DNA of 39,113 nucleotides from positions 1 through 39,113 of the forward strand of contig JACQRZ010000019.1 of the NCBI GenBank assembly GCA_016206235.1, written 5' to 3'. Made by a program: the position numbers and the translations under genes. Under the pieces are notes generated by a model. It searched no databases, had not been told where the DNA came from, and saw only the letters and a program-made list of their open reading frames with translations. Shown one piece after another: positions 27,179 to 36,983 of the stretch (within the stretch, counting starts at the first letter, position 1; the number at the start of each line of letters is the position of its first letter). Source of the stretch: Candidatus Uhrbacteria bacterium (GTDB lineage Bacteria; Patescibacteriota; Patescibacteriia; JACQRZ01).

Positions 27179-28546
27179 ATGACCAATACATCGCAGCGAA
27201 TACACATGATCGGAATCAAAGGAGCGGGCATGTCTGCTCTTGCTTTGATGTTGAAAAGGCGGGGTGCAATTGTAAGCGGGTCTGATGTTTCAGATACATT
27301 TTTTACCGACAGTCTTCTTGCAAAGGAAGGTATTCCCGTTCATGCTTTCGGCGAAGTCGATATACAGAACGTTAGCCGAGTTATTTACTCAACGGCATGG
27401 GAAGGAAGTGATGAAGTAAAATGCGCAGGTGAAAGTGGTGTGAAGGTTCAAAGCTATGGCGAAGCTGTGGCACAGCTCTTCAATGTTATGAATGGCATTG
27501 CTGTTGCCGGATCACATGGCAAAACAACTATATCAGCATTATGCGCGCATGTGTTTTATGGACTTGGATTAGATCCATCTGCTCTTGTTGGTTCTGAAAT
27601 CGTTCAGTTCAATAGCAACGCGCTGACAGGGGCGTCTGACTATTTTATTTTGGAAGCGGATGAGTATCGGGATACATTCCTCATGTATCACGCACGAGCT
27701 GCTGTCGTAAGCTCAATCGACTACGATCATCCCGATTATTTTAAAACTCGTACGGATTATGACACATCTTTCGCGAAATTTGTGAATGGTACATCAGGAT
27801 CATGCATTGTATGCAAAGACGACAACGGAGTTCAACGGATTTGGAGCGCGATTTCATCATGCAATCTCGTAACCTATGGCAGCGATGCATCATATGATTA
27901 CGCGTTGAGCGAGATAGATGAATGTAAGAGTGAGGCGAAGGTTTTAAAAAAGGGAATTCCAGTTGGCAGAATGCGCATCCAGCTTATTGGGCGGCATAAT
28001 CTCATGAATGCATTGGCGGTGTATGCGCTTTGTGATACGTTAGGAGTTGGAACATGGGATGATATCTCGCGCCTCCTCTTTGAGTTTCAGGGCACGGCAC
28101 GGCGATTTCAAACAAAGGGCACTTGTGGCCATACGCTTGTTATCGATGACTATGCTCACCACCCGACCGAGATTCGCGCAACACTTCATGGCGCACGTAT
28201 GCGCTATCCGAACAAAATCATTGATTGCATCTTTGCACCCCACACGTTCAGCCGAACACAAGAACTTCTCGATGACTTTGCCCAAAGCTTTTCAGACGCG
28301 GATCACGTGTACATAACAGATATATTCGGTTCTGCAAGGGAACAAACAGGAAGTGTTTCAGCAGAGCAGTTAGTCGCAAAAATACAAGCTTTTTCTCCAA
28401 AAAAAGATCATGTACGGTATCTTGGCTCAAACGAACAAGCGCTTGACTATCTCATGACACATCTGAAAAATACTGATATCCTCGTAACCATGGGTGCTGG
28501 TGATGTCTATACAATAGGAGAGGATTTAATACGCCAACAGAAATAG
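27179..28546 (+). CDS. murC: UDP-N-acetylmuramate--L-alanine ligase
   Basis: IGIKGAGMSALA, AGSHGKTT, EADEY, DHPDY, DDYAHHPTEI, MGAGD. Confidence 0.95.
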   Translation: MTNTSQRIHMIGIKGAGMSALALMLKRRGAIVSGSDVSDTFFTDSLLAKEGIPVHAFGEVDIQNVSRVIYSTAWEGSDEVKCAGESGVKVQSYGEAVAQLFNVMNGIAVAGSHGKTTISALCAHVFYGLGLDPSALVGSEIVQFNSNALTGASDYFILEADEYRDTFLMYHARAAVVSSIDYDHPDYFKTRTDYDTSFAKFVNGTSGSCIVCKDDNGVQRIWSAISSCNLVTYGSDASYDYALSEIDECKSEAKVLKKGIPVGRMRIQLIGRHNLMNALAVYALCDTLGVGTWDDISRLLFEFQGTARRFQTKGTCGHTLVIDDYAHHPTEIRATLHGARMRYPNKIIDCIFAPHTFSRTQELLDDFAQSFSDADHVYITDIFGSAREQTGSVSAEQLVAKIQAFSPKKDHVRYLGSNEQALDYLMTHLKNTDILVTMGAGDVYTIGEDLIRQQK

Positions 28547-28553
28547 CAATACT

Positions 28554-29474
28554 ATGGAGCTACCAATTCTTCACAATGAACCACTTTCAAAGCACACCAT
28601 ATTTCAAATAGGAGGACCTGCCCGATATTTTTTTCGCGTAAAAAATTATGTTGATCTCAAGGAGATTGTCCAATGGGCACAGCAGCATGAGGTGCCGTTG
28701 GCCGTGCTCGGCGGAGGGAGTAATGTGCTTGCAAGCGATAAGGGGTTCGATGGTTTGGTATTAAAAATGGAAGATCGTACGATTGACATTCAAGGATCGT
28801 TTATCAATGCGGGAGCTGGAGCGATTACCGCAATGGTCTCAAAGCTCACAGTTGAAGCCGGACTTTCAGGACTCGAGTGGGCATATGGTATTCCAGGAAC
28901 TATTGGTGGTGCGGTGCGAGGAAATGCCGGCGCTTTTGGCGGATCATTTTCCGACATCGTTTCCCTTGTTGAAATGCTGGATCCAAAAACACTTGAAATT
29001 CACCGCGTTACGGGCGAGGGGATGCAGTTTCAATATCGGCGCAGCATGTTAGCCAACACACCCTGGATCGTTACATATGCCATACTCAAAATGGACGTTT
29101 CAACACCAGAGATGTGCAAAGAACGCATGCAAGAGTTTTTAGACCAAAAAAAGACCAATCAACCATTGGGTATGCAATGCGCAGGATGTGCATTTAAGAA
29201 CGTTCCCGTTGCTTCCATCACAAAATCAATAGAATTGCCTGTCGAATTTTTGCAGACGGGCCGTGTGCCTGCAGGATATTTGGTTGATAAGGCAAAAATG
29301 AAAAATCATGTCTGCGGCCGTGCTATGGTCTCTCCCAAGCATGCAAATTTCATTGTCAATCTTGGTGGAGCTACAGCGATGGACGTGGTAGAATTAATGA
29401 AGATTATTAAGGATAGGGTATACCAGGAGTTTGGCGTAGTGCTCGAGGAAGAAATACAGTACATCGGTTTTTAG
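28554..29474 (+). CDS. murB: UDP-N-acetylenolpyruvoylglucosamine reductase
   Basis: IGGPA, LGGGSN, GIPGTIGGAVRGNAGA, AGCAFKN, KHANFIVN. Confidence 0.95.
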   Translation: MELPILHNEPLSKHTIFQIGGPARYFFRVKNYVDLKEIVQWAQQHEVPLAVLGGGSNVLASDKGFDGLVLKMEDRTIDIQGSFINAGAGAITAMVSKLTVEAGLSGLEWAYGIPGTIGGAVRGNAGAFGGSFSDIVSLVEMLDPKTLEIHRVTGEGMQFQYRRSMLANTPWIVTYAILKMDVSTPEMCKERMQEFLDQKKTNQPLGMQCAGCAFKNVPVASITKSIELPVEFLQTGRVPAGYLVDKAKMKNHVCGRAMVSPKHANFIVNLGGATAMDVVELMKIIKDRVYQEFGVVLEEEIQYIGF

Positions 29475-29499
29475 CTTCTAGCTTCTAGTCACTAATCAA
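29472..29499 (+). repeat. 7-bp period array starting at the murB stop
   Basis: TAGCTTC TAGCTTC TAGTCAC TAATCAA. Confidence 0.7.
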
Positions 29500-29521
29500 G
29501 AGAAACTATTTACTATAAAAA

Positions 29522-31027
29522 ATGAATGAACTTTCACAGCGGTATTCTCGACCGCGATGGGATTATCTTGGCGAAACCAAGAGCGGCATTCTCACAATCG
29601 AGGGGTTGCCAGTAACAGAGATCGCAAAAAAATATGGCACTCCATGCTACATTATGGTAGAACGCGCAATTCGGCAACGTTTTCGCGAATTTAAGGCAGC
29701 GTTTCCATACCCAAAACTTCGCGTGCAGTATGCGTCAAAATGCAACTCCAATCTGGAAATCATGCGTATTGCAAACCAAGAGGGGGTGGAGCTTGACGCC
29801 AGCTCCATTGGTGAAGTTATCTTAGCGCTTTTGGCAGATTTCTCGCCGCACGAAATTACGCTTACCAACCTTTATAAAACACCTCAAGATATTTTGTTTG
29901 CCGTGAAGGTCGGTGTGCTTGCGATTACCGCTGATTCCCTTGAGGATCTTGAATTGATTGCACAGGTCGGCAAAAGCATTAACAAAAAAATTCGTATTTT
30001 TATTCGCCTCACACCGACAATTGATCTTGGGCAATATACGACACGAAAAGTACAGTACGGCATTCCCTACGCACAATACAAAAAAGCCTGCGATTTTGCT
30101 GCACGGTCGCCCTACCTCAATCCGATCGGACTCCATTTTCATGGGCCGTACGTCTACAATCCAAAGGTATATTTTATTGCTGCAAAAAAATTGGTTGACG
30201 TTGCGGAATATATGATACGCGAGCACAACCAAAAAATCAGTTATATTGATCTTGGCGGAAGTTTCCCCGTTGCTTACGGCGATACCGAAGTATTCCATCC
30301 TCGGGACATGGGCAAGAAGTTTTCCGATTACTTTGTAAAGCTGATCTACAAAGCGAATCTGCCGCTGCCATATCTGGTGTTTGAGCCAGGAAAGTTTTTT
30401 GTAGCCAATACAGGGGTCGGCTTAACACGCGTTATCAGCAAAAAGCTGCGCCGTACCACCACATTGGTTGTCGACGGCTCAACGTACGCATTCCTGCCCG
30501 ATCCGATCATTTACGAAGATGCAGTCTACGATATTTTGCCAGCATCAAAAATGCAACAACGCAGGAGTCAGCACTACAAGATTGCCGGATGTACCTGTGA
30601 TTGTATTGATACCATCTGTAAGAGTGTTCACTTGCCGCAAACCAAACCCGGCGATCTTCTTGCCATTATGGATTGCGGTGCATATAGTAACACGATCGCA
30701 TCAAACTTTAATTCACTCAAGCGCGCACCCATGGTTATGGTGAATGAGGAAGGTGTTGCACGACTTATTCGTCGCCGTGATCGTTTTTCTGATATGTTTG
30801 CACCAGAACTCGATGTGTTGAAAGTTGCTGATCCGCATGAGTTGCAGCGATACTACAACCTCTTTAGAGTGAATATCAATAAGATGTGGGGAGAACACAA
30901 AGAAAAAAAATCACCTGTGCGTGGACGATTTTCCTCTCAATCAAAGCGCAGAGCAAAGAAATCGCCACCGGCGCAACCATTGGCTACTCCAGATCTCTCA
31001 AATCCAATCACAACGGCAACAACATAA
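29522..31027 (+). CDS. PLP-dependent beta/alpha-barrel basic amino acid decarboxylase (Orn/Lys/Arg/DAP family); probable arginine decarboxylase by context
   Basis: YASKCN (PLP lysine), IDLGGSF, FEPGK, GCTCDCID, DCGAY, SNFN; adjacent to aguB/aguA. Confidence 0.8.
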   Translation: MNELSQRYSRPRWDYLGETKSGILTIEGLPVTEIAKKYGTPCYIMVERAIRQRFREFKAAFPYPKLRVQYASKCNSNLEIMRIANQEGVELDASSIGEVILALLADFSPHEITLTNLYKTPQDILFAVKVGVLAITADSLEDLELIAQVGKSINKKIRIFIRLTPTIDLGQYTTRKVQYGIPYAQYKKACDFAARSPYLNPIGLHFHGPYVYNPKVYFIAAKKLVDVAEYMIREHNQKISYIDLGGSFPVAYGDTEVFHPRDMGKKFSDYFVKLIYKANLPLPYLVFEPGKFFVANTGVGLTRVISKKLRRTTTLVVDGSTYAFLPDPIIYEDAVYDILPASKMQQRRSQHYKIAGCTCDCIDTICKSVHLPQTKPGDLLAIMDCGAYSNTIASNFNSLKRAPMVMVNEEGVARLIRRRDRFSDMFAPELDVLKVADPHELQRYYNLFRVNINKMWGEHKEKKSPVRGRFSSQSKRRAKKSPPAQPLATPDLSNPITTATT

Positions 31028-31036
31028 CCACAGCCT

Positions 31037-31948
31037 ATGCCTAGTATTAAACAGAGCACAATAAAACTTGGCCTTATTCAATTGCAGGCTGGCAATGACA
31101 TGCGCGCAAATACCGAGCGTGCGTATGCTTTGGCTCAGATGGCCGCAAAAAAAGGAGCACACATTCTCTGTTTGCCCGAGCTTTATAATACAGTCTATTT
31201 CCCTCAGCTTGAAAAGGCAGATAAAGACTACTATGCAGAAACCGTACCTGGATTTTCCACTGCAACATTTTGCGCTTTAGCAAAAAAATACAAGGTTGTT
31301 GTTATCGTTCCGCTGTATGAAAAGAAAAAAGTGAACGGCATATGGAAGTACTTTAACTCGGCAGTGGTCATCAATGAAAAAGGACAGATTCTTGATACGT
31401 ATCATAAGATTCACATTCCTCACGACCCTGGATTTTATGAAAAGTATTATTTTGAAGAAAGTAAAAGCGGCTACCGCGTATACAAAACATCCTATGCAAC
31501 CTTTGCCGTACTTATTTGCTATGACCAATGGTTTCCAGAAGCTGCGCGTGCTGCGCGGCTCAACGGCGCCGAAATTATTTTCTACCCGACAGCGATCGGC
31601 AATGTGGTCGGATACGCCCCGCCAGAAGGAGATTGGCATGCGTCATGGGAGCTGATGATGCGAAGTCACGCAATCGCGAATTGCGTCCATGTTGCAGCCG
31701 TTAATCGAGTGGGACGTGAAGAGCGAATGCGATTTTGGGGGCAGTCATTTGTATCAGATGCCTTCGGCACTGTAGTGGATCGCGCAACATCTTCCAAGGA
31801 GCAGGTCCTTATCGTTCCTGTTAATCTTGGTATGAATCACTATATTGAGGATGGATGGGGATTTCTTCGAAATAGGAGGCCAGATACGTATGGTATGTTG
31901 ACATCGAAAAAGCTTATTGAAAAATCAAAGAAATTAAAAAATATTTAG
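31037..31948 (+). CDS. aguB: Carbon-nitrogen hydrolase, probable N-carbamoylputrescine amidase
   Basis: LPEL, YHKIHIPHDPGFYEKYYF, ICYDQWFPEAAR, YPTAIG, RNRRPDTY. The true end may be 31987. Confidence 0.88.
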   Translation: MPSIKQSTIKLGLIQLQAGNDMRANTERAYALAQMAAKKGAHILCLPELYNTVYFPQLEKADKDYYAETVPGFSTATFCALAKKYKVVVIVPLYEKKKVNGIWKYFNSAVVINEKGQILDTYHKIHIPHDPGFYEKYYFEESKSGYRVYKTSYATFAVLICYDQWFPEAARAARLNGAEIIFYPTAIGNVVGYAPPEGDWHASWELMMRSHAIANCVHVAAVNRVGREERMRFWGQSFVSDAFGTVVDRATSSKEQVLIVPVNLGMNHYIEDGWGFLRNRRPDTYGMLTSKKLIEKSKKLKNI

Positions 31949-31984
31949 CAATATAAAGAAACACAAAAAGCACTCAAGAGTAAA

Positions 31985-32019
31985 TAGCTTATAGCTTATA
32001 GTTTGTAGTGAGTAGAATG
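31985..32019 (+). repeat. 7-bp period array between aguB and aguA
   Basis: TAGCTTA TAGCTTA TAGTTTG TAGTGAG TAGAATG. Confidence 0.75.
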
Positions 32020-32021
32020 TT

Positions 32022-33062
32022 ATGAATCCACCGATAGAGCAGGGGTTTCAAATGCCAGCAGAATGGGCTCGTCATGAGGGTACGTGGCTTGCTTGGCCAT
32101 ATGATGACACTACCTTTCCCGAGAGAGTAGAGAACGTCCAGAAGATTTTTTCGCACATGGTTGCTGCTTTAAGCACAAGCGAAAAAATCTTTCTTATTGT
32201 GCTCGATGAGGCAATGAAAAAAATGGCCGAGCATATGCTTCAGAGTTCGGGTGCACAAATGGATGCCGTGTATTTCTATAAAGTTCCTTTTGCAGACGTG
32301 TGGACACGTGATTATGGCCCGCTCACCATTACAAACAAAGAAGACAACAAGCGAGCATGGACTAAGTGGGTGTACAATGCCTATGGTAAAAGTCATGACC
32401 CCTATTATGCGCCCCTTCTTGCGGATAATGAGGTATTCAATATCATTGCACTTGAAGGACAAAAATTCGAACCAGGTATTGTGCTCGAAGGAGGTGCGAT
32501 TGAAGTGAATGGGGAAGGAGTGTGTCTCACGTGCGAGCAGACGCTTCTCAATCCAAATCGCAACCCCATTCTTTTTCGAGAAGATATGAAAAAATATCTT
32601 CATGATTTTTTGGGGGTGAAAAAGACGATTTGGTTGAAAGAGGGTCTTGTCAACGACCATACAGATGGCCATATCGAAGAGTTGGCACGCTTTGTCTCGC
32701 CAGACACCATTGTCTGCGCGTATGAAGACGATCCGTCTGATGAAAATTATGAAATCCTGCAGAAGAATTACGAAGTCATCAAGCAAGCAACAGATCTCAA
32801 CGGCAATCCTTTTCGAATCATCACATTGCCGATGCCTCATGTGAACTACGATGACGGCACAAAGGCGCCCGTTTCCTATTGCAATTTTTATATTGCAAAC
32901 ACGGTCGTGCTTGCGGCACTATTTCAAGACCCGAACGATCAAGAGGCGCTTTCTATTTTACAGTCCTGTTTTCCTGATAAAAAAGTGATCGGCCTTGATT
33001 GCTCAGATATCATCTATGGTGGAGGGGCGATTCATTGCATGACGCAACAGGTGCCAGAGTAG
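32022..33062 (+). CDS. aguA: Agmatine deiminase
   Basis: MPAEW, WTRDYGP, EGGAIEVNGEG, DHTDGHI, GGGAIHCMTQQVP. Confidence 0.92.
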   Translation: MNPPIEQGFQMPAEWARHEGTWLAWPYDDTTFPERVENVQKIFSHMVAALSTSEKIFLIVLDEAMKKMAEHMLQSSGAQMDAVYFYKVPFADVWTRDYGPLTITNKEDNKRAWTKWVYNAYGKSHDPYYAPLLADNEVFNIIALEGQKFEPGIVLEGGAIEVNGEGVCLTCEQTLLNPNRNPILFREDMKKYLHDFLGVKKTIWLKEGLVNDHTDGHIEELARFVSPDTIVCAYEDDPSDENYEILQKNYEVIKQATDLNGNPFRIITLPMPHVNYDDGTKAPVSYCNFYIANTVVLAALFQDPNDQEALSILQSCFPDKKVIGLDCSDIIYGGGAIHCMTQQVPE

Positions 33063-33149
33063 CGCGAGGCTTCGCGGCATTCTTTTTCACTACGTGCGAC
33101 GCCCCGGTGAGGCGTCTCATTGCATTTTCATCAGTAATCATTACAATAC

Positions 33150-33176
33150 ACTAATCACTAATCACTAACCACTGTA
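33150..33176 (+). repeat. 7-bp period array before the secA ATG
   Basis: ACTAATC ACTAATC ACTAACC ACTGTA. Confidence 0.7.
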
Positions 33177-35957
33177 ATGTCTTTTCTATCGAAATTATTT
33201 GGAGATCCAAACAAACGTATTGTTCAATCACTCACGCCATTGGTTGAAAAAATCAACGCACTTGAAGATACTTTTGCAACAATGACCGAAGACGAGCTAA
33301 AAGATCAAACGGCTCGTTTCAAAAAGGAATTAGCCGACGGGAAAACACTCGACGATCTTTTGCCAGAAACTTTTGCTGTCGTTCGTGAGACAGCAAAGCG
33401 TCACCTCAAACAGCGCCATTATGATGTTCAGCTTATTGGTGGTGCGGTATTACATAGAGGACAGATTACAGAAATGCGTACTGGTGAGGGAAAAACACTT
33501 ACAGCTACAGCGCCAGTGTATTTAAATGCGCTCACAGGCAGGGGTGTTCACGTGATTACGGTGAATGATTACTTGGCCAAGCGTGACTCTGTTTGGATGG
33601 GAAAGATCTATCATGCGCTTGGGCTTACGGTTGGCTGTATTCAGCATGAAGCAGCTTTTTTGTATGACCCTTCCTATACTGAGACAATTCATGAGACTGC
33701 GGAAGACGGATCTGTTGCTGGGTATAAAATCGAACATACATCCCTCAAGCCGTGCACAAGAAAAGAAGCCTATGCGGCAGATATCACGTATGGCACAAAC
33801 AATGAATTTGGATTCGATTATCTTCGCGACAACTTGGTAGCCGATATCAACCAGATGTCGCAGCGCGATCTTGTGTATGCCATCGTCGATGAAGTCGACA
33901 GTATTCTTATTGATGAAGCGCGAACGCCGCTGATTATTTCCGCACCCGCTGAAGAGTCTGCTGATTTGTACTATCGCTTTGCTGATCTTGTTGCCCGTTT
34001 GAATGTGAAAGAAGATTACAACATCGATGAAAAGATGCGGGCAGCAACACTTACGGAAGCAGGGTTAAAGAAGATGGAGGAGTGGCTCGGCATGGGTAAT
34101 GTATACACCGCTCAGAGTATTACTATTGTGCATCATATTGAGCAGGCATTGCGTGCCCAAGCCTTATTTAAGAAAGACAAAGATTATGTCGTGAAAGACG
34201 GTGAAGTGATTATTGTTGATGAGTTTACGGGGCGATTGATGCATGGCAGGCGTTATTCGGAAGGCCTTCACCAGGCAATCGAAGCAAAAGAACGAGTAAA
34301 GATTCAGAGGGAAAGCAGAACGTATGCAACGGTAACATTCCAAAATCTCTTTCGCATGTACGAAAAGCTTGCAGGTATGACAGGCACTGCAGCAACAGAA
34401 GCTGAGGAGTTTTCCAAAATTTATAAACTTGAAGTTGTTGTTATTCCCACCCATAGAGACAACATTCGAAAAGATCTCCAAGACAGGATCTATAAAACTG
34501 AGCGAGGGAAGTATGCGGCTGTCGTTGAAGAGATCAAAGAGCGGCATGAAAAAGGGCAGCCCGTACTTGTTGGCACTATTTCCATTGAAAAAAACGAGTA
34601 CTTGAGCAAACTCCTTGAACGAGAAGGAATTAAGCACGTATTGCTAAACGCAAAGAATCATGAAAAAGAAGGTGAGATTATTGCCCAAGCTGGACGGCGT
34701 GGGGCTGTTACGATTGCAACAAACATGGCAGGACGCGGAGTTGATATTTTGCTTGGAGGAAATCCGCCTGACCAAGATGAAGCCGATCGAGTGCGTGAAT
34801 TTGGAGGTTTGCATGTCATTGGTACCGAGCGTCATGAATCACGACGAATTGATAATCAGCTACGCGGACGCAGTGGACGTCAGGGCGATCCAGGCTCGAC
34901 CCAGTTTTACGTTTCCATGGAAGACGATCTCATGCGTATTTTTGGCTCGGATCGCATTAAGGGGCTTATGGACAAACTTGGCATGCCCGAAGACGTCCCC
35001 ATTGAAAACACCATGGTTTCAAAATCACTTGAAGAAGCACAGAAAAAAGTTGAAGGACATAACTTTGATACGCGCAAGCACTTGGTTGAATATGATGATG
35101 TACTCAATAAGCATCGAGACATTATTTATCACCGGAGGAAGGCTGCTTTGAGGCAGTTCGACGACGAGATGAGAAAAGCGACTGCTTTGGAAAAAGATGA
35201 AGTGTTGTCCGAAGAGCCTCAAGAAAAAACAACACTCCGAGATACGATTTTAAAAATGGTTGAACAGGAGATCGAGCAAGTCGTGATATTTCATACAGCT
35301 AGTGAAGATCCAAAAGAATGGAATCTCACCGAGATCTATGAAGTGGTCAATACCATTTTCCCATTGCCGCTAGAAAAACGAATTTCCTTTGAAGGAAAGG
35401 AGACTGAGGGTGATAAGCTTGCGCACGCAACTTCACGCGACGCTGTAATTGAATATCTCAATGGACTGGCAGTGCAAGAGTATGCTGCATTTGAAGAGCG
35501 CGTTGCCAACCAAATTAAGCAGGTGTACCCCGACGTGAACATATCGCTTGCCTTGCGCCAAATTGAAAAAGATATTCTCATCCGCGCCATTGATGGTCTG
35601 TGGGTGGAGCATCTCGAGGCTATCGACCATCTGCGCCATGGCATTGGCTTGCGCGGTTATGGCCAGCATGATCCGCTCGTTGAATATAAAAAGGAAGCAT
35701 ATCGATTGTTCACCGAACTTATTGCTATGATTCAAAAGCAAGTCGTGTATAGCATCTACAAGATCGGCATGGTTTCTGACTCAACAACACCTTCATCAGT
35801 GCTGCCAAAAAATGCATCATACAGCGCGCCGCCAAAAGAAGGTGATGGCGCAGATCAAAAAGTGGGCTTGCCCGCCGAGCTTTCCGCGAAGGTGGGGCGC
35901 AATGATCCATGCCCTTGCGGAAGCGGCAAGAAGTATAAACGCTGCCACGGCGCCTAA
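33177..35957 (+). CDS. secA: Preprotein translocase ATPase SecA
   Basis: [37 protein letters not shown]-terminal [18 protein letters not shown]. Confidence 0.98.
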   Translation: MSFLSKLFGDPNKRIVQSLTPLVEKINALEDTFATMTEDELKDQTARFKKELADGKTLDDLLPETFAVVRETAKRHLKQRHYDVQLIGGAVLHRGQITEMRTGEGKTLTATAPVYLNALTGRGVHVITVNDYLAKRDSVWMGKIYHALGLTVGCIQHEAAFLYDPSYTETIHETAEDGSVAGYKIEHTSLKPCTRKEAYAADITYGTNNEFGFDYLRDNLVADINQMSQRDLVYAIVDEVDSILIDEARTPLIISAPAEESADLYYRFADLVARLNVKEDYNIDEKMRAATLTEAGLKKMEEWLGMGNVYTAQSITIVHHIEQALRAQALFKKDKDYVVKDGEVIIVDEFTGRLMHGRRYSEGLHQAIEAKERVKIQRESRTYATVTFQNLFRMYEKLAGMTGTAATEAEEFSKIYKLEVVVIPTHRDNIRKDLQDRIYKTERGKYAAVVEEIKERHEKGQPVLVGTISIEKNEYLSKLLEREGIKHVLLNAKNHEKEGEIIAQAGRRGAVTIATNMAGRGVDILLGGNPPDQDEADRVREFGGLHVIGTERHESRRIDNQLRGRSGRQGDPGSTQFYVSMEDDLMRIFGSDRIKGLMDKLGMPEDVPIENTMVSKSLEEAQKKVEGHNFDTRKHLVEYDDVLNKHRDIIYHRRKAALRQFDDEMRKATALEKDEVLSEEPQEKTTLRDTILKMVEQEIEQVVIFHTASEDPKEWNLTEIYEVVNTIFPLPLEKRISFEGKETEGDKLAHATSRDAVIEYLNGLAVQEYAAFEERVANQIKQVYPDVNISLALRQIEKDILIRAIDGLWVEHLEAIDHLRHGIGLRGYGQHDPLVEYKKEAYRLFTELIAMIQKQVVYSIYKIGMVSDSTTPSSVLPKNASYSAPPKEGDGADQKVGLPAELSAKVGRNDPCPCGSGKKYKRCHGA

Positions 35958-36036
35958 GAACATAAGGAAAATCATTGAAGTGAGGTTGTTTTTCTATGGC
36001 AGAATGCTATACTTACATCAGAAATCGAAGCTTTAC

Positions 36037-36249
36037 ATGATAAAAAAATCACAAAAAGGCATCTGGGAAACAGACGTAAAGACGATCAATCTTTCGAACC
36101 CGAAAGTGTTGAAGTGGTATGTTGAGCGTAAGATCGAGGTTGGCGATTGGAAGGCTCTTGATCGACCCACTCTTGCTCGCATGCTTGGAAAACTTTCTAT
36201 TAATGCGCGCGTTAAGGCGTTGCTTAGAGATTTTTTACATTCGTTATGA
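36037..36249 (+). CDS. Small hypothetical protein (70 aa) coupled to the MNT-HEPN pair
   Basis: MIKKSQKGIWETDVKTINL...WYVERKIEVGDW. TGA overlaps the MNT ATG. The upstream part of the listed 35812 ORF overlaps secA. Confidence 0.6.
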   Translation: MIKKSQKGIWETDVKTINLSNPKVLKWYVERKIEVGDWKALDRPTLARMLGKLSINARVKALLRDFLHSL

Positions 36250-36602
36250 CTTCAAAGAAAAAAAATATACGCCGTATTTCTTCATCGATTACTGCGCTTT
36301 CAAAAAGGGTTGTTTCTTACTATAAACCGGAAAAGGTGATTCTTTTTGGCTCGCACGTATGGGGAAAACCAACAATGGAAAGCGACGTTGATGTGCTTAT
36401 CATAAAAAGAACACTAAAATCTAAAATCGAACGTCAGCGTGAACTTCGAGCACGACTTTATCCGATGAGTATGCCTGTCGATTTTATCGTATATACGCCT
36501 TCTGAATTGAAAAAAAAAGTGCGAAATGACTGCAATCTTTTTATTAAAGATGTACTTAAAAACGGCATTGTATTATATGAAAAAAACAAAATACGTCGCT
36601 GA
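36246..36602 (+). CDS. Minimal nucleotidyltransferase (MNT) domain protein
   Basis: PEKVILFGSHVWGKPTMESDVDVLII (GS...DxD), VDFIVYTP, GIVLYE. Confidence 0.88.
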   Translation: MTSKKKNIRRISSSITALSKRVVSYYKPEKVILFGSHVWGKPTMESDVDVLIIKRTLKSKIERQRELRARLYPMSMPVDFIVYTPSELKKKVRNDCNLFIKDVLKNGIVLYEKNKIRR

Positions 36603-36957
36603 GTGGTTTAAGCACGGAGATGCCGACTTAAAAGCAGCAGAAATTCTTCTTCGTGAAGGCGGCCCCGCCCATGTTATTTGCTTTCATGCTCAGCAGATTG
36701 GAGAAAAATATCTCAAAGGTTACGTTGCCGCTCAGTCTAAATCTATTCGAAAAATTCATCAACTTGATGAGCTCCTCAACGAATGTGAGCAGCTCGACCA
36801 CTCGTTTGAATCATTGCGACATAGCGTATTCTATCTGGCCGAGTTTTATATCGAGACTCGTTACCCTGGCGATATTCCTGAAGTTGGAATAAAAACAGCG
36901 TCGAAAGCAGTTGATGCTGCAAAAGAGCTTCGCGACTTCGTTCTTAAGAAATTTTGA
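36577..36957 (+). CDS. HEPN domain protein
   Basis: W...DLKAA, CFHAQQ..EKYLKG, KIHQL, YIETRYPG. ATG 36577 overlaps the MNT end. Confidence 0.88.
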   Translation: MKKTKYVAEWFKHGDADLKAAEILLREGGPAHVICFHAQQIGEKYLKGYVAAQSKSIRKIHQLDELLNECEQLDHSFESLRHSVFYLAEFYIETRYPGDIPEVGIKTASKAVDAAKELRDFVLKKF

Positions 36958-36983
36958 GATTTTCAAAAAGAGCGCTTCAAAAA

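Noticed and set aside
32169..32840. Long antisense or alternate-frame ORFs (223 aa here; also 16365-16979, 29822-30298, 34164-34637, 34660-35151)
   Set aside because: They lie almost entirely within well-conserved genes and lack motifs, so they are best explained as shadow ORFs.
15..33176. CRISPR interpretation of the intergenic repeats
   Set aside because: Units are 7-8 bp, contiguous and without spacers, and no cas genes are present.
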